From an uncultured Veillonella sp. (GTDB lineage Bacteria; Bacillota; Negativicutes; Veillonellales; Veillonellaceae), in assembly GCA_937930265.1 (NCBI GenBank), contig CALGLI010000230.1, positions 1-43,764 on the forward strand: a stretch of DNA of 43,764 nt. Reading direction: 5' to 3'. Below the pieces are notes generated by a model that worked only from the letters and a program-made list of their open reading frames with translations, did no database searches and was not told the DNA's origin. Both the position numbers and the translations under genes were made by a program. Position 1 is the stretch's first letter. The number at the start of each line of letters is the position of its first letter. Shown piece after piece: positions 17,104-26,168 of the stretch.

Positions 17104-18141
17104 TTACAATACGTCCGCTACGAAGTAGGAATCTACATCAAATGGAACGTAAATAGGGCGAGATTGTAATTCCAAAAATACCGCATCTGGGTCACGATTA
17201 ACCAATCGACGTAATACATATTCGCCTTCATAGGTTACAAAGTCCATACCTTCACCAGGGATGATTGTATTCGCACCATACAATTTAGTGAATTTAGCCA
17301 TATCAGAAGCTACTAACAATTTACCAGTAGGTACCATTTCTTTTTCTTGGCCATCTGTTGGATCAACATAGTAATTATCGTAAGTAAACACATTACATTG
17401 AATTTGACCGCCCATGAATCCAACATACACAGCACCTTCCGCCATTTGTTCGAATTGCAAAAGACCCATTTCTGTACGACGATTATCGAACAAGGCCAAG
17501 ATTTTTTTATCGGAAAGCATTACTTCTAATGTTTCAGAGTTCATAACCAACGTATTTGGATTAAAGCCGGATGCTTTCAAGCATGTCTTTTTCCATTTGA
17601 TGATGTTGGCCACAATTTCTGCTGCAGATTGACCCCAGCGTGCAGTACCAGATAGTGTTTCTTTATTAGTAAAGTTAAAGTCTACAACGTCATCAATGCC
17701 TTCGCCTTTGATGTGAGCCTGACCATTGAGTAATACGTCTGCTGCCATAACTTCTTGAGAACGTACCAAGTTATCCTTTAATTCTTGTGTATCTTGCGCC
17801 AAGAGTTGGATAGCACGTTCTTCAGGAGTTACAGTGCCTGCAAATGGCTGTTCACCTGCTAAACGAACCTTGATATCATTTTCTGTGATAGGGCGTTTTT
17901 CTTTCTTTTGCGCAGGTTTATATGTGGTTGTAGTCATGCCTGTGCGTTGAGATAAAGGTGCTGTAGAGTTAGGTGCCACCCAAGGTGTGATAGTACGGCG
18001 ACCTTTTACAATGTCAAATGAAACTGTTTCTGTTAAGAATGTTTTTGTATCTTTGAAAAATAAGTCTTTCAAAAAGGATGGCACATCGGGAGTACGACGA
18101 ACCACCGCAGCAAGTGTTTTTGGTGCGTAAATATTATCCAT
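17104..18141 (-). CDS. Major capsid protein (lambda gpE family)
   Basis: SFLKDLFF, EVMAADVLLNG, C-terminal LELQSRPI. Confidence 0.92.
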   Translation of the reverse strand: MDNIYAPKTLAAVVRRTPDVPSFLKDLFFKDTKTFLTETVSFDIVKGRRTITPWVAPNSTAPLSQRTGMTTTTYKPAQKKEKRPITENDIKVRLAGEQPFAGTVTPEERAIQLLAQDTQELKDNLVRSQEVMAADVLLNGQAHIKGEGIDDVVDFNFTNKETLSGTARWGQSAAEIVANIIKWKKTCLKASGFNPNTLVMNSETLEVMLSDKKILALFDNRRTEMGLLQFEQMAEGAVYVGFMGGQIQCNVFTYDNYYVDPTDGQEKEMVPTGKLLVASDMAKFTKLYGANTIIPGEGMDFVTYEGEYVLRRLVNRDPDAVFLELQSRPIYVPFDVDSYFVADVL

Positions 18142-18153
18142 GTATCCTCCTTA

Positions 18154-18489
18154 TTAACGGAAATAAATGTTGCGGGCTTCAGCTTTTGCTGTGAAACCTT
18201 CCGCTGTTTTGCCAGAAGCAAATACTAAATTCGCTGTAGCAAATTCACCTGTTACAGCAATTTCGGCTACTACATCGCCTTTCGTAGCATCAATATCAGC
18301 TAACGCTACACCGTATACATCTGTATCCGCACGTTTAGCTTTTTTAGAAGTAGCTTCTAATTCTAATACTGTGCCCGCCTTAATTACTGCAGCATCTTGA
18401 CCGATTGTTACTTTCTTAGTAACGACTGGCATTTGTGTGCCAGCGATTAGAGGTTTGTACTCTAACTTTTGTTCTTCCACGTATGGCAT
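18154..18489 (-). CDS. Head decoration protein (gpD-like)
   Basis: GTVL, YGVALAD, TGEF motifs; lies between protease and capsid. Confidence 0.8.
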   Translation of the reverse strand: MPYVEEQKLEYKPLIAGTQMPVVTKKVTIGQDAAVIKAGTVLELEATSKKAKRADTDVYGVALADIDATKGDVVAEIAVTGEFATANLVFASGKTAEGFTAKAEARNIYFR

Positions 18490-18503
18490 ATTATCTGCCC
18501 TCC

Positions 18504-19565
18504 TTATTTCTTATTGCGTGCTTTCATTACACGATCAACAATTTGCATTGTTTTTTCAGAATCATCGATATCCTGGTCAAGTGCTTGACCAGGGACCGTG
18601 TCAACTTGATTAGATGCATTGTTAGCATCTTGCATTAGTTGTTGTAATTGATTAGTTGGTTGTTCAGGTTGTGGCATATTGAGTAATTCAACAGCTACAT
18701 CTTGAACAGTAGCGTATGTTTCATATTTAGCGCGATTGATGACTTCAGCTCGTGCTTCGTTATTAATCCCATCAAGGGCTTGTAAACGTGCACGTTCAGC
18801 AGCAACGCCCGCATTAAATACTTCATCATATACTTCCGCATAATCTGTACGTAACAATTCAGCAGTTACTTCCATTGGCTCCTCTCCTTTCTCTTCATAT
18901 TTATCAACAGGCAACCCTTTAAGTACATCCATACTCATCGGTAAGCCATTGACAATTAAGTCAGTGCCTTTACGGCAGGCAACCATTTGCAAAGATTCAT
19001 CTACACTTGTGCAGAACCCTTTTTCCAATGCTTCCCTTGCTGTTAACCAAGTTTCGTCATCCATCATGGTTGCTATTTCTTCACGAGTTAACCCGGTGCG
19101 GGCTTCGTAAATATCGATAAGATTTTCTTTAGTTTTACGTAACGATTCAGCAGCTTTCTCAAAATCATCTGCTTCACCAAATGCATATGAGCTTGGATTG
19201 TGAATCATCATTTCACTACCCAGAGCCATATGAATTTCATCGCCTGCCATAGAGATAATAGAAGCAATGGATGCCGCTAGGCCCTCGATAATAACAGATT
19301 TCTTATTTTGTAAAGCTCGCAATCGATTGTAGATTGTAACGCCCGCCGATACTTCGCCGCCTACAGAGTTAACATGTAAAACGATGTTTTGAGATGGATC
19401 CAACCCTTGGAGTTGTGATAGTACGTTTGAAACGCCAGTATCTTCGCCCCAATAATCGATTCCATTCATGACTACGCCGTAAATATCGACGTCAATCGTC
19501 TCCGCTTCCTGAATCAGATTTAGCGGAGTTCGAATTTTGAACTGAAATTTGTTGTCCTTGTTCAT
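18504..19565 (-). CDS. ClpP-related head maturation protease with scaffold C-terminus
   Basis: VNSVGGEV, GLAASIASII, MMIHNP, ETWLTAREA. Confidence 0.95.
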   Translation of the reverse strand: MNKDNKFQFKIRTPLNLIQEAETIDVDIYGVVMNGIDYWGEDTGVSNVLSQLQGLDPSQNIVLHVNSVGGEVSAGVTIYNRLRALQNKKSVIIEGLAASIASIISMAGDEIHMALGSEMMIHNPSSYAFGEADDFEKAAESLRKTKENLIDIYEARTGLTREEIATMMDDETWLTAREALEKGFCTSVDESLQMVACRKGTDLIVNGLPMSMDVLKGLPVDKYEEKGEEPMEVTAELLRTDYAEVYDEVFNAGVAAERARLQALDGINNEARAEVINRAKYETYATVQDVAVELLNMPQPEQPTNQLQQLMQDANNASNQVDTVPGQALDQDIDDSEKTMQIVDRVMKARNKK

Positions 19566-21078
19566 TCAACAAGCCTCCTTCATCCATAGATTGGTGTTCC
19601 CGAATACGTTGCGGTAAGATTTCATTTTCATAATCCATGCCCGTAAGCTCTGCCGCTTCCTTAGCACGAGTACTAAATGCATTCTTAACACGAATTTCTG
19701 CCGCAGTAGCTTCCTTCTGCGGGTCTAATTGGCCTTGTGAGGGTCCGTACCACTCAGCACCTAGCCATGCCTCTCGGATGATTGGATCATCAAAGAAACC
19801 CGGTGCATCAATGCGACCTAATAGAATGGCCATTGTAAGCCACTCCTCGTAAATAGGATTGCAAAATTGAGTAATAAATTCGGCACGTTGCGTTTCAACA
19901 GACTTCCAATATTCGAGTAACGCCGCTCTTGATGCGGAGTAACTTTGTCCAAAGTGCTTAACTAAAATTTCATATGGAATTTCTAGTGCCGCACCTACGT
20001 GGCTAATAAGAGAAGACGTAAAGTCTGCAAAGCTCGTTGGTATCGGCGTTTTTTCAGCCACATTCACTTTTTCACCAGGTGCCAAGACATTTACTGTGCC
20101 ATTGCCTAATTCGATTGTTTCGTCATTTTCGGAATCCACTTGATCGTCTTCGTCAATCGCAGTCCCTAGCGACATGTCGTCCGGCGCTTCCGATTCGATG
20201 AAGATTGCCATCAATGCATTAACTAATACTTTCATGACTTCCGCATCATTGTACCGGCTAAGCACTTTCAAATCCTCGATTACCGGAGACAATATAGGGA
20301 TGCCCCGCAACTGGCCACTTCGTTCAATCGTCATAACCTGGATAATATTCCGTCGTCCAGTTTGTGCGCCATACTTCGGAATATATGTGTAGTCATGATC
20401 ATCGTTAAAGCCGTTGTACAGTTTATTTAGTACATAAAAGCCGACCGCGGCACCATATTTATTGAACTTAACACCGTGAATTACGTCGTTATTCTCGTCT
20501 TCTTCTCGCCCCATATATTTAGGCGGAGAAGCTACAAGAATCGATTCTACAATCTGCAACCGTAAAGGGTACGGGTTCTTATTCGTTCGAGTAAATAGTA
20601 GCGGTAAATTTACAAATGCATCGCCGTACAATAGCTTTTCATAGTACACTAGGGCCTGAATTCCATAGAAGTCAGTCTGTTCTCGTGCGTCACAGTGCTT
20701 TGCCCACATAGCGAATTCGCGTTCAGTCTTACGTTCCCATGCGTTCTTTTCATCAAACGTTAGCCCTAATTCCTCAAAGCGGATATTAGCTTTAAACCTT
20801 AGGCCCGGACCAATAACATTGGTTTTATTCGTCTTCAATGCGCCAGCTGCAATTGGTGTACCTTGTTGGAGGTCTACAGACCTTGCCCGTAGCATCCTAA
20901 AGTTAGCATCGATATCGTGCCTTGCATCCTGCGAGTTAACCTGGTACCCTTTGGCGCTAGATTTAAAACTATTAGCGCCGTGATTAGAATAGCCGGAGTT
21001 TGTTTTATTCCCAGAATATTGCGTTGCTTTGTGCCTACCAGCTGCGGTTTTCATAAACTGCTTCTTGCGTTTACTCAT
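19492..21078 (-). CDS. Portal protein (lambda family)
   Basis: LRARSVDL, GQLRGIP, SYSASRAALLE, LDPQKE. Confidence 0.95.
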   Translation of the reverse strand: MSKRKKQFMKTAAGRHKATQYSGNKTNSGYSNHGANSFKSSAKGYQVNSQDARHDIDANFRMLRARSVDLQQGTPIAAGALKTNKTNVIGPGLRFKANIRFEELGLTFDEKNAWERKTEREFAMWAKHCDAREQTDFYGIQALVYYEKLLYGDAFVNLPLLFTRTNKNPYPLRLQIVESILVASPPKYMGREEDENNDVIHGVKFNKYGAAVGFYVLNKLYNGFNDDHDYTYIPKYGAQTGRRNIIQVMTIERSGQLRGIPILSPVIEDLKVLSRYNDAEVMKVLVNALMAIFIESEAPDDMSLGTAIDEDDQVDSENDETIELGNGTVNVLAPGEKVNVAEKTPIPTSFADFTSSLISHVGAALEIPYEILVKHFGQSYSASRAALLEYWKSVETQRAEFITQFCNPIYEEWLTMAILLGRIDAPGFFDDPIIREAWLGAEWYGPSQGQLDPQKEATAAEIRVKNAFSTRAKEAAELTGMDYENEILPQRIREHQSMDEGGLLNEQGQQISVQNSNSAKSDSGSGDD

Positions 21079-21299
21079 ATATCCCGCGGAATGACACGAT
21101 ATGCACGACGTCGAGGCCTATTCTCTAGCCTTGCTACTTCATTGCGCCAAAAGTTGATGCGGTCTTTCACCTCTTGCACATTCGCACGAGTTAACCGGCG
21201 ATTACCAATGGTGTATTCTTTGCCTGTTGCCAACGCTAAATCCGCCTCTAGCCATGCCTGTAAATGCTCTTTTGCCTCATATATTGTCCATTCTGCCAT
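21075..21299 (-). CDS. Head completion protein (gpW-like)
   Basis: GKEYTIGNRRLTRAN; start ATG 21299 after SD AGGAGGTG. Confidence 0.85.
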   Translation of the reverse strand: MAEWTIYEAKEHLQAWLEADLALATGKEYTIGNRRLTRANVQEVKDRINFWRNEVARLENRPRRRAYRVIPRDI

Positions 21300-21313
21300 C
21301 CTTTCACCTCCTT

Positions 21314-21715
21314 TCACGCATTAAAAAAGCGCCCATGTTGAGCGCTTAGACTTGTGCCATGCATAGATTGGATCATCATGCTTATTAAAGCCTGCGTTTC
21401 CACATCCGTGTGGCACGATATCTCCATATGTTTAATATCATGAGCCGATATATTTAGGCCTTGCCTATACTTATATAAAAATTCAGGCATTGCCTTTTCT
21501 ATTATCAAATATAAATAATAAGGGATTACGTTTCGTGGTTGAATCACTACATATTTAGCATCAACTTGTTGCGCGGTAGCTAAATACACCAATTCTCCTT
21601 TACTAGCAGATACTTGCAAGCAAATACAGCCCTGTGGATATATTTGATTCTTCTTAGGTCTCCCCAGTATATCCGCAACTTCCGTAATTTTAATTTTCTT
21701 GTAATTTTTTAACAT
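21314..21715 (-). CDS. Short type I R-M specificity (HsdS-like) subunit, single TRD
   Basis: YYLY...NISAHDIKHMEI...ETQALI resembles an HsdS half-repeat; coupled to the MTase. Confidence 0.7.
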   Translation of the reverse strand: MLKNYKKIKITEVADILGRPKKNQIYPQGCICLQVSASKGELVYLATAQQVDAKYVVIQPRNVIPYYLYLIIEKAMPEFLYKYRQGLNISAHDIKHMEISCHTDVETQALISMMIQSMHGTSLSAQHGRFFNA

Positions 21716-23022
21716 TACACAAACATCTTTTGAAGTAAATACTTTTTAACATCTTCTATTTTTTTTATCACAGCTTCTTGCTCCTCGACTGTAACAGCAC
21801 TTTCGGATGATATTAAAAACTCTGTAAATTCTTTTACAAATTCGTCATGCTCTTTCTGCGCGTCAGGATCGGTACAAACTAGTTGCTTTAACATTTCCGC
21901 AATTTCCAATCCTAAAGCACGACTTTCTCGATTAATTTCGTTAAGTTCTTTAGCAAGCTGTACCGCATCCGGTATTTCTTCCGGCTCAAAGCTGTCAATA
22001 TAGCGTGGAATATTCAGATTATAGTCATTGTCTAAAATAGTAGACATGCTAATGTTACTAGAATATCGCTCTATATCTGCCCTGTTCTTGTACGCTTTAA
22101 TTACTTTTTCCACCTGTTCGGCGGTCATTATATTTTTGTTTTTGTTCTTAACAAAATCTTTTTGCGCATCGATAAATAATACGTCTTTGTTAGCGCGATT
22201 TTTCTTAAATACCAATATGCATACAGGTATACTTGTATTTGTAAATAGATTAGAAGGTAGTCCTATTACCGCATCAAGTAAATTATCCTCAATCAGCTTA
22301 CGTCTTATATCGCCCTCTGCCTGTCCTCTGAAAAGCACACCGTGCGGCAGGATAAAGGCAGCTGTGCCAGAAGCATTTAACGAATAAAGTCCGTCGAGTA
22401 TAAAAGCAAAATCGGCTTTACTCTTTGGTGCCAACTTATAACCTTCAAAACGTGCATCCATTTGTGGAATCCAAGATTGGCTATACGGAGGATTACTAAT
22501 CACCGTATCATATTTTTTACTTCCTAGCATATCTACTTTAGATACTTGGCCAAAGCCAGATGCGGCGGATTCCACTTTATAGTACGCAAGCTCTTCACCA
22601 GTAAGCACGTTCTTCTCTACTACTTCCGCATCTATATTAGCTATTAGTAGATTGAGTAGCATAAAGGCTATCGCATTTTTTGAATACTCTTCAAGCCTTA
22701 GTGTCACGGTATTATCCGACTTAAATTTAGCCAAAGATAATCCGCCTATTCCAGCACATACATCGCGAACATCACCGCCGGAGGTAATACAGCCGATTAT
22801 ATCTAGCACGCATTGTGGCGTGTAATCTTGCATATAGTTTTTTCTATCTGCACTATGTTCTTCGAATTCAGCAAGTAAGGCCTCATACGAATAGTAAGGC
22901 TGTATCGACTTTAAAAGATCCGAACAGGTATTCGAATTTAGCAATACCTTTGTTAGAGCTGTAGGTATTTCGTGCATTTCACGAATATTTAGTTCTTCCA
23001 TAATCCTTTGTAGGATTGTCAT
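21715..23022 (-). CDS. N6-adenine DNA methyltransferase, type I HsdM-like
   Basis: Motif I DVCAGIGG, motif IV ISNPPYS, ILPHGVLFRG, YNLNIPRYID. Confidence 0.93.
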   Translation of the reverse strand: MTILQRIMEELNIREMHEIPTALTKVLLNSNTCSDLLKSIQPYYSYEALLAEFEEHSADRKNYMQDYTPQCVLDIIGCITSGGDVRDVCAGIGGLSLAKFKSDNTVTLRLEEYSKNAIAFMLLNLLIANIDAEVVEKNVLTGEELAYYKVESAASGFGQVSKVDMLGSKKYDTVISNPPYSQSWIPQMDARFEGYKLAPKSKADFAFILDGLYSLNASGTAAFILPHGVLFRGQAEGDIRRKLIEDNLLDAVIGLPSNLFTNTSIPVCILVFKKNRANKDVLFIDAQKDFVKNKNKNIMTAEQVEKVIKAYKNRADIERYSSNISMSTILDNDYNLNIPRYIDSFEPEEIPDAVQLAKELNEINRESRALGLEIAEMLKQLVCTDPDAQKEHDEFVKEFTEFLISSESAVTVEEQEAVIKKIEDVKKYLLQKMFV

Positions 23023-24887
23023 AATCGTATTCCTCCGCCTCTAACACGTCGTCTCGTCCGTTTCTTTGGTGTATCGCCAGCCTTGACTACACGAGCTGTA
23101 TTTTGATACGGCGTATAATTCTCTTTACTATTCCGAGCCTCTAAAGCATCAAAATTCGGATTCATAATAGCAATAGCAGCTTGATTATAGTTTCTAATAT
23201 CAAATGGTTCATTTCTTTTGCGTCCTGGGCGTAGCACCCATTGTTCTTTAAAATGGCCATTAACTAATTTAGACACTTTCATTTCTGCTAATAGCCCCTC
23301 AAAGTATTTCTTTCCGTACCCTTTTTCGTGGTCTTTTGGGAAATGGCAATACCTTGGTTGGCCTTTTTCTTGGTTTAAATCGCTATATATTTGTTCCTTG
23401 CCAGTATCTACACCAAGCTTGAACAGCTTAGTCTTATACTTTTTCAACTTTGTAGGCAAGCCATCAATCAAGTCTTTACCTGCGCCGCCTACGCCCTTAA
23501 TAGGATAAACGCGCTTATGCCATCTAGTTGAGCAGTATTTATATACCGATTGTGTCTTTCTACCGCCAGAGTCAATACACGTAACGGATACGCCACGCTT
23601 TCTACCATCGGCATAAGACCATGTACGATTTAAAATAATATCGTCCAATTCTTTCCATACGGCGTCATAGGCAGGGTCGCCATAAAGTCTGAAGTACTGT
23701 ATACCCCAGCTCTCATAATCTTTCCCCCATCCTACAATTTCACACTCTAGGCGGTCGTCCTGCGTATCAACTCCACACGTTAAGAGTAGTACGCCATCTG
23801 GTAGCTCAGCTCCATAGTCTTCTCTGCGTTCGTAGAGCACTTCAGCCTGCAGTGTTTCGGTATCCTCTTCATAAGGAACTCCCATTTCTGTATTAAAGAA
23901 TGTCATGACGCCGACAGTTCCGAGTTTAAGTGCTTCCTCATATTTACCTTGGAGTTTCCTCCAAGATGCCCAAGGCGAGCCAAACGCGTTCATATGAAAG
24001 CTTCGGCAATTATACTTCTTTAAATTCTCCGGCGCTTCCGCAATCCATTTTCCCTCACGATACAGTTTCTTCCACTCGAACTCCTCTGATAGCGTTCCGC
24101 AGTGATCACACGCCAAGTAGTACTTGCCCGTGTCCTCGTCCGCGTGGAACTTATCCCAGGACGGATACACATATTCACCACAAGCAGGGCACTTAATGTG
24201 CCATACCTCTTGCGTACCACCTAGATACAATTTCTCTATCCGGCTGGTACCTTTGGCCAATGGCGTAGATGCGTACACGTGCTTTCGATTGTAGAACGTA
24301 TTAGTACGCTTTTCTGCTAGGCTCAAAGGGTCCCCTTCCGTGCCTGCTGATGCTGGATAGCGGTCAATTTCATCCGCTAGTAATACACGAATTGGCCGGG
24401 ATGCCAAATCTGCTGGAGCGTTCGCACCGACTAATGTCAGGTAGCCGCCTGGAAAGGTCTTATTCAATACCGTATTGCCACTGTCCCGAGATTTTACATC
24501 GGCCATTTTATCGTTAAGCACTTTCGTATCACGAATAAAAGGAGCAATACGAGTTTTTGAAAATTCCTTTGCTATATCTTTTGTCGGTTGCATGAACATA
24601 ATCGGTGACGGAAAGTAGTCAATAAAATAACCCAACACATTCTTAATGAGCTGGGTTTTACCAATTTGCGATCCGGTCATATACACTACTTTTTCAACAT
24701 CTGGATCACTCACCGCATCAAGCATTTCCTTTTGATAAGGCGCCCTATCGGTGGAATACTTACCTGGTTCAGCGCTATCCTCCGTGGAAAGAACTACATT
24801 AGCATTGGCCCATTCCGACGCAGTAAACTTTGGCGGCGGCTTTAATACACTGGCCAATCCTTTGAACAGGTTGCATGTGTGCTTCAA
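23019..24887 (-). CDS. terL: Terminase large subunit (GpA family)
   Basis: Walker A SQIGKT, Walker B LLADEIDRY, STP, CPACG, GVDTQDDR nuclease motif. Confidence 0.96.
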   Translation of the reverse strand: MKHTCNLFKGLASVLKPPPKFTASEWANANVVLSTEDSAEPGKYSTDRAPYQKEMLDAVSDPDVEKVVYMTGSQIGKTQLIKNVLGYFIDYFPSPIMFMQPTKDIAKEFSKTRIAPFIRDTKVLNDKMADVKSRDSGNTVLNKTFPGGYLTLVGANAPADLASRPIRVLLADEIDRYPASAGTEGDPLSLAEKRTNTFYNRKHVYASTPLAKGTSRIEKLYLGGTQEVWHIKCPACGEYVYPSWDKFHADEDTGKYYLACDHCGTLSEEFEWKKLYREGKWIAEAPENLKKYNCRSFHMNAFGSPWASWRKLQGKYEEALKLGTVGVMTFFNTEMGVPYEEDTETLQAEVLYERREDYGAELPDGVLLLTCGVDTQDDRLECEIVGWGKDYESWGIQYFRLYGDPAYDAVWKELDDIILNRTWSYADGRKRGVSVTCIDSGGRKTQSVYKYCSTRWHKRVYPIKGVGGAGKDLIDGLPTKLKKYKTKLFKLGVDTGKEQIYSDLNQEKGQPRYCHFPKDHEKGYGKKYFEGLLAEMKVSKLVNGHFKEQWVLRPGRKRNEPFDIRNYNQAAIAIMNPNFDALEARNSKENYTPYQNTARVVKAGDTPKKRTRRRVRGGGIRL

Positions 24888-25426
24888 TCACCTTCACCCG
24901 CCTCGTCGTCATCCACGATGATATCATCGGACTCATCGTGGAACATATTAGGGTCATATTCAGACAATTCCGTTAAGCACTCATTCACCTCATCTAAAAG
25001 CGCATCTTGAATGACCAACAAATTCGTCTCCCCTAGTACTTTAGGGGCTGCTTTTAATGGTAACGACTGGAGCTTACTTTTAAAGTTATTCAACATTCGA
25101 TTCATTACGGCTTTAACTGTGTTCGAGCGGTGCAATTCTCCGTTCATGATTTTCAGTTTGTTCTCTTCAATCATCCGTTTAGTTCTGGTTAACAAAGTTC
25201 GTTCCGCATCATACCCGCCCTCACGGGCTTTCTTTTCGAGTTTACTTTCTCCGGTTTTATACGAAACAAATGCTTGTACTGTTTTCGCAATATTGTACTG
25301 TCCGCGTTTTTCCTTTTCGAATATACCGTCCTCGGTCAACTGCTGAACCCGTCGAGAGCTGATTCCGAGTACTTTTGCTACAATTTTAGATGATACTAAT
25401 TCGTCAACGATTGATACATTCGTCAC
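24884..25426 (-). CDS. terS: Terminase small subunit (Nu1-like)
   Basis: N-terminal wHTH (AKVLGISSRRVQQL); likely GTG 25426 after AAGGAGG. Confidence 0.85.
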   Translation of the reverse strand: MTNVSIVDELVSSKIVAKVLGISSRRVQQLTEDGIFEKEKRGQYNIAKTVQAFVSYKTGESKLEKKAREGGYDAERTLLTRTKRMIEENKLKIMNGELHRSNTVKAVMNRMLNNFKSKLQSLPLKAAPKVLGETNLLVIQDALLDEVNECLTELSEYDPNMFHDESDDIIVDDDEAGEGD

Positions 25427-25500
25427 AGTCTCGCCTCCTTTCAAAAGTTGACCGTTTTTGAAGCCGAACAGCAGTTCGGAAAAATAACTAACTAGCTATT

Positions 25501-25549
25501 CCGCGGGGTTCGGATGACCCACGCAAAATATTTTTCATTTGGAGTACCT
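25501..25549 (-). other. Candidate cos site (cosQ/cosN-like)
   Basis: AGGTACT-16 nt-TTGCG TGGGTCATCCGAACCC CGCGG, a GC-rich partial dyad just upstream of terS, similar in layout to lambda cos. Confidence 0.5.
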
Positions 25550-25575
25550 TAAGGGCCCCGGGTATAAACGGGATA

Positions 25576-25749
25576 CTAACCCCCATACATGCCCTCTCGC
25601 CAGTGCTGTTTGCGTGAATGTTTCATCATATCTTTAGCAAAGGCTTTAGCTTTACAACTTCCTTTGCCGCCTAGGACAATAGCATTAGCAGTACACTTAT
25701 TACGTTTGTTATGTAAACAATCTTTAATATGACAAGTAATATCTGTCAT
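25576..25749 (-). CDS. Small Cys-rich protein, DUF1540-like (57 aa)
   Basis: ITCHIKDCLHNKRNKCTANAI...C; SD GAAAGGAG; below the track cutoff. Confidence 0.7.
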   Translation of the reverse strand: MTDITCHIKDCLHNKRNKCTANAIVLGGKGSCKAKAFAKDMMKHSRKQHWREGMYGG

Positions 25750-25798
25750 ACTATTCTCTCCTTTCTATTGGCAGTCAGATCCTATTTTATTTGTAGGC

Positions 25799-26003
25799 TT
25801 AATCAATATCACCATAGGGTGGTAGTAATTTGTTATAGTTAAGTACTCAAGGAAATCTCTTACATTGTGTATTGGTTGTATTTAAACATGGCTATTTTGT
25901 TCTAAAACATCTCAGAAGTGTCGCGAATTTATTTTGTATTGTGCTATTTGAAAGGATCACATTTGCCCAACGAATGGGTGCCCCCTATGATGATATTGAT
26001 TAA
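25799..26003 (-). ncRNA. Candidate structured RNA: 21-bp long-range stem enclosing 163 nt
   Basis: Inverted repeats 25799-25819 and 25983-26003; the only mismatch is G-U on the minus strand. Confidence 0.55.
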
Positions 26004-26013
26004 ACTCGCATAT

Positions 26014-26052
26014 AAAAAGACCACCTAACCGTATCGATTAAGTGGTCTTTTC
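26014..26052. terminator. Bidirectional intrinsic terminator in the late leader
   Basis: AAAAGACCAC / GTGGTCTTTT stem with A- and T-runs. Confidence 0.75.
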
Positions 26053-26123
26053 ATTTTAGTGTTCTAGGTTTCACTGTGTCGTTGAGAGATAGAGTATTTG
26101 TTGTCCCATTAACTCACACTATC

Positions 26124-26168
26124 ATTATAAATTGTCAAGAATGACATGTCTATGACAGTTTTATGACA
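26124..26168 (-). promoter_or_regulatory. Putative late promoter: three TGTCAT direct repeats at 11-bp period upstream of TATAAT
   Basis: ATGACA on + at 26141, 26152 and 26163; -10 at 26124-26129; lies at the 3' end of the activator gene as in RinA/ArpU systems. Confidence 0.65.

Noticed and set aside
21314..23022. Complete type I restriction-modification system
   Set aside because: No HsdR or other restriction endonuclease gene recognised in the window.
25799..26003. Retron msr/msd (a1/a2 repeats)
   Set aside because: No reverse transcriptase in the prophage and no msd-like long internal hairpin visible.
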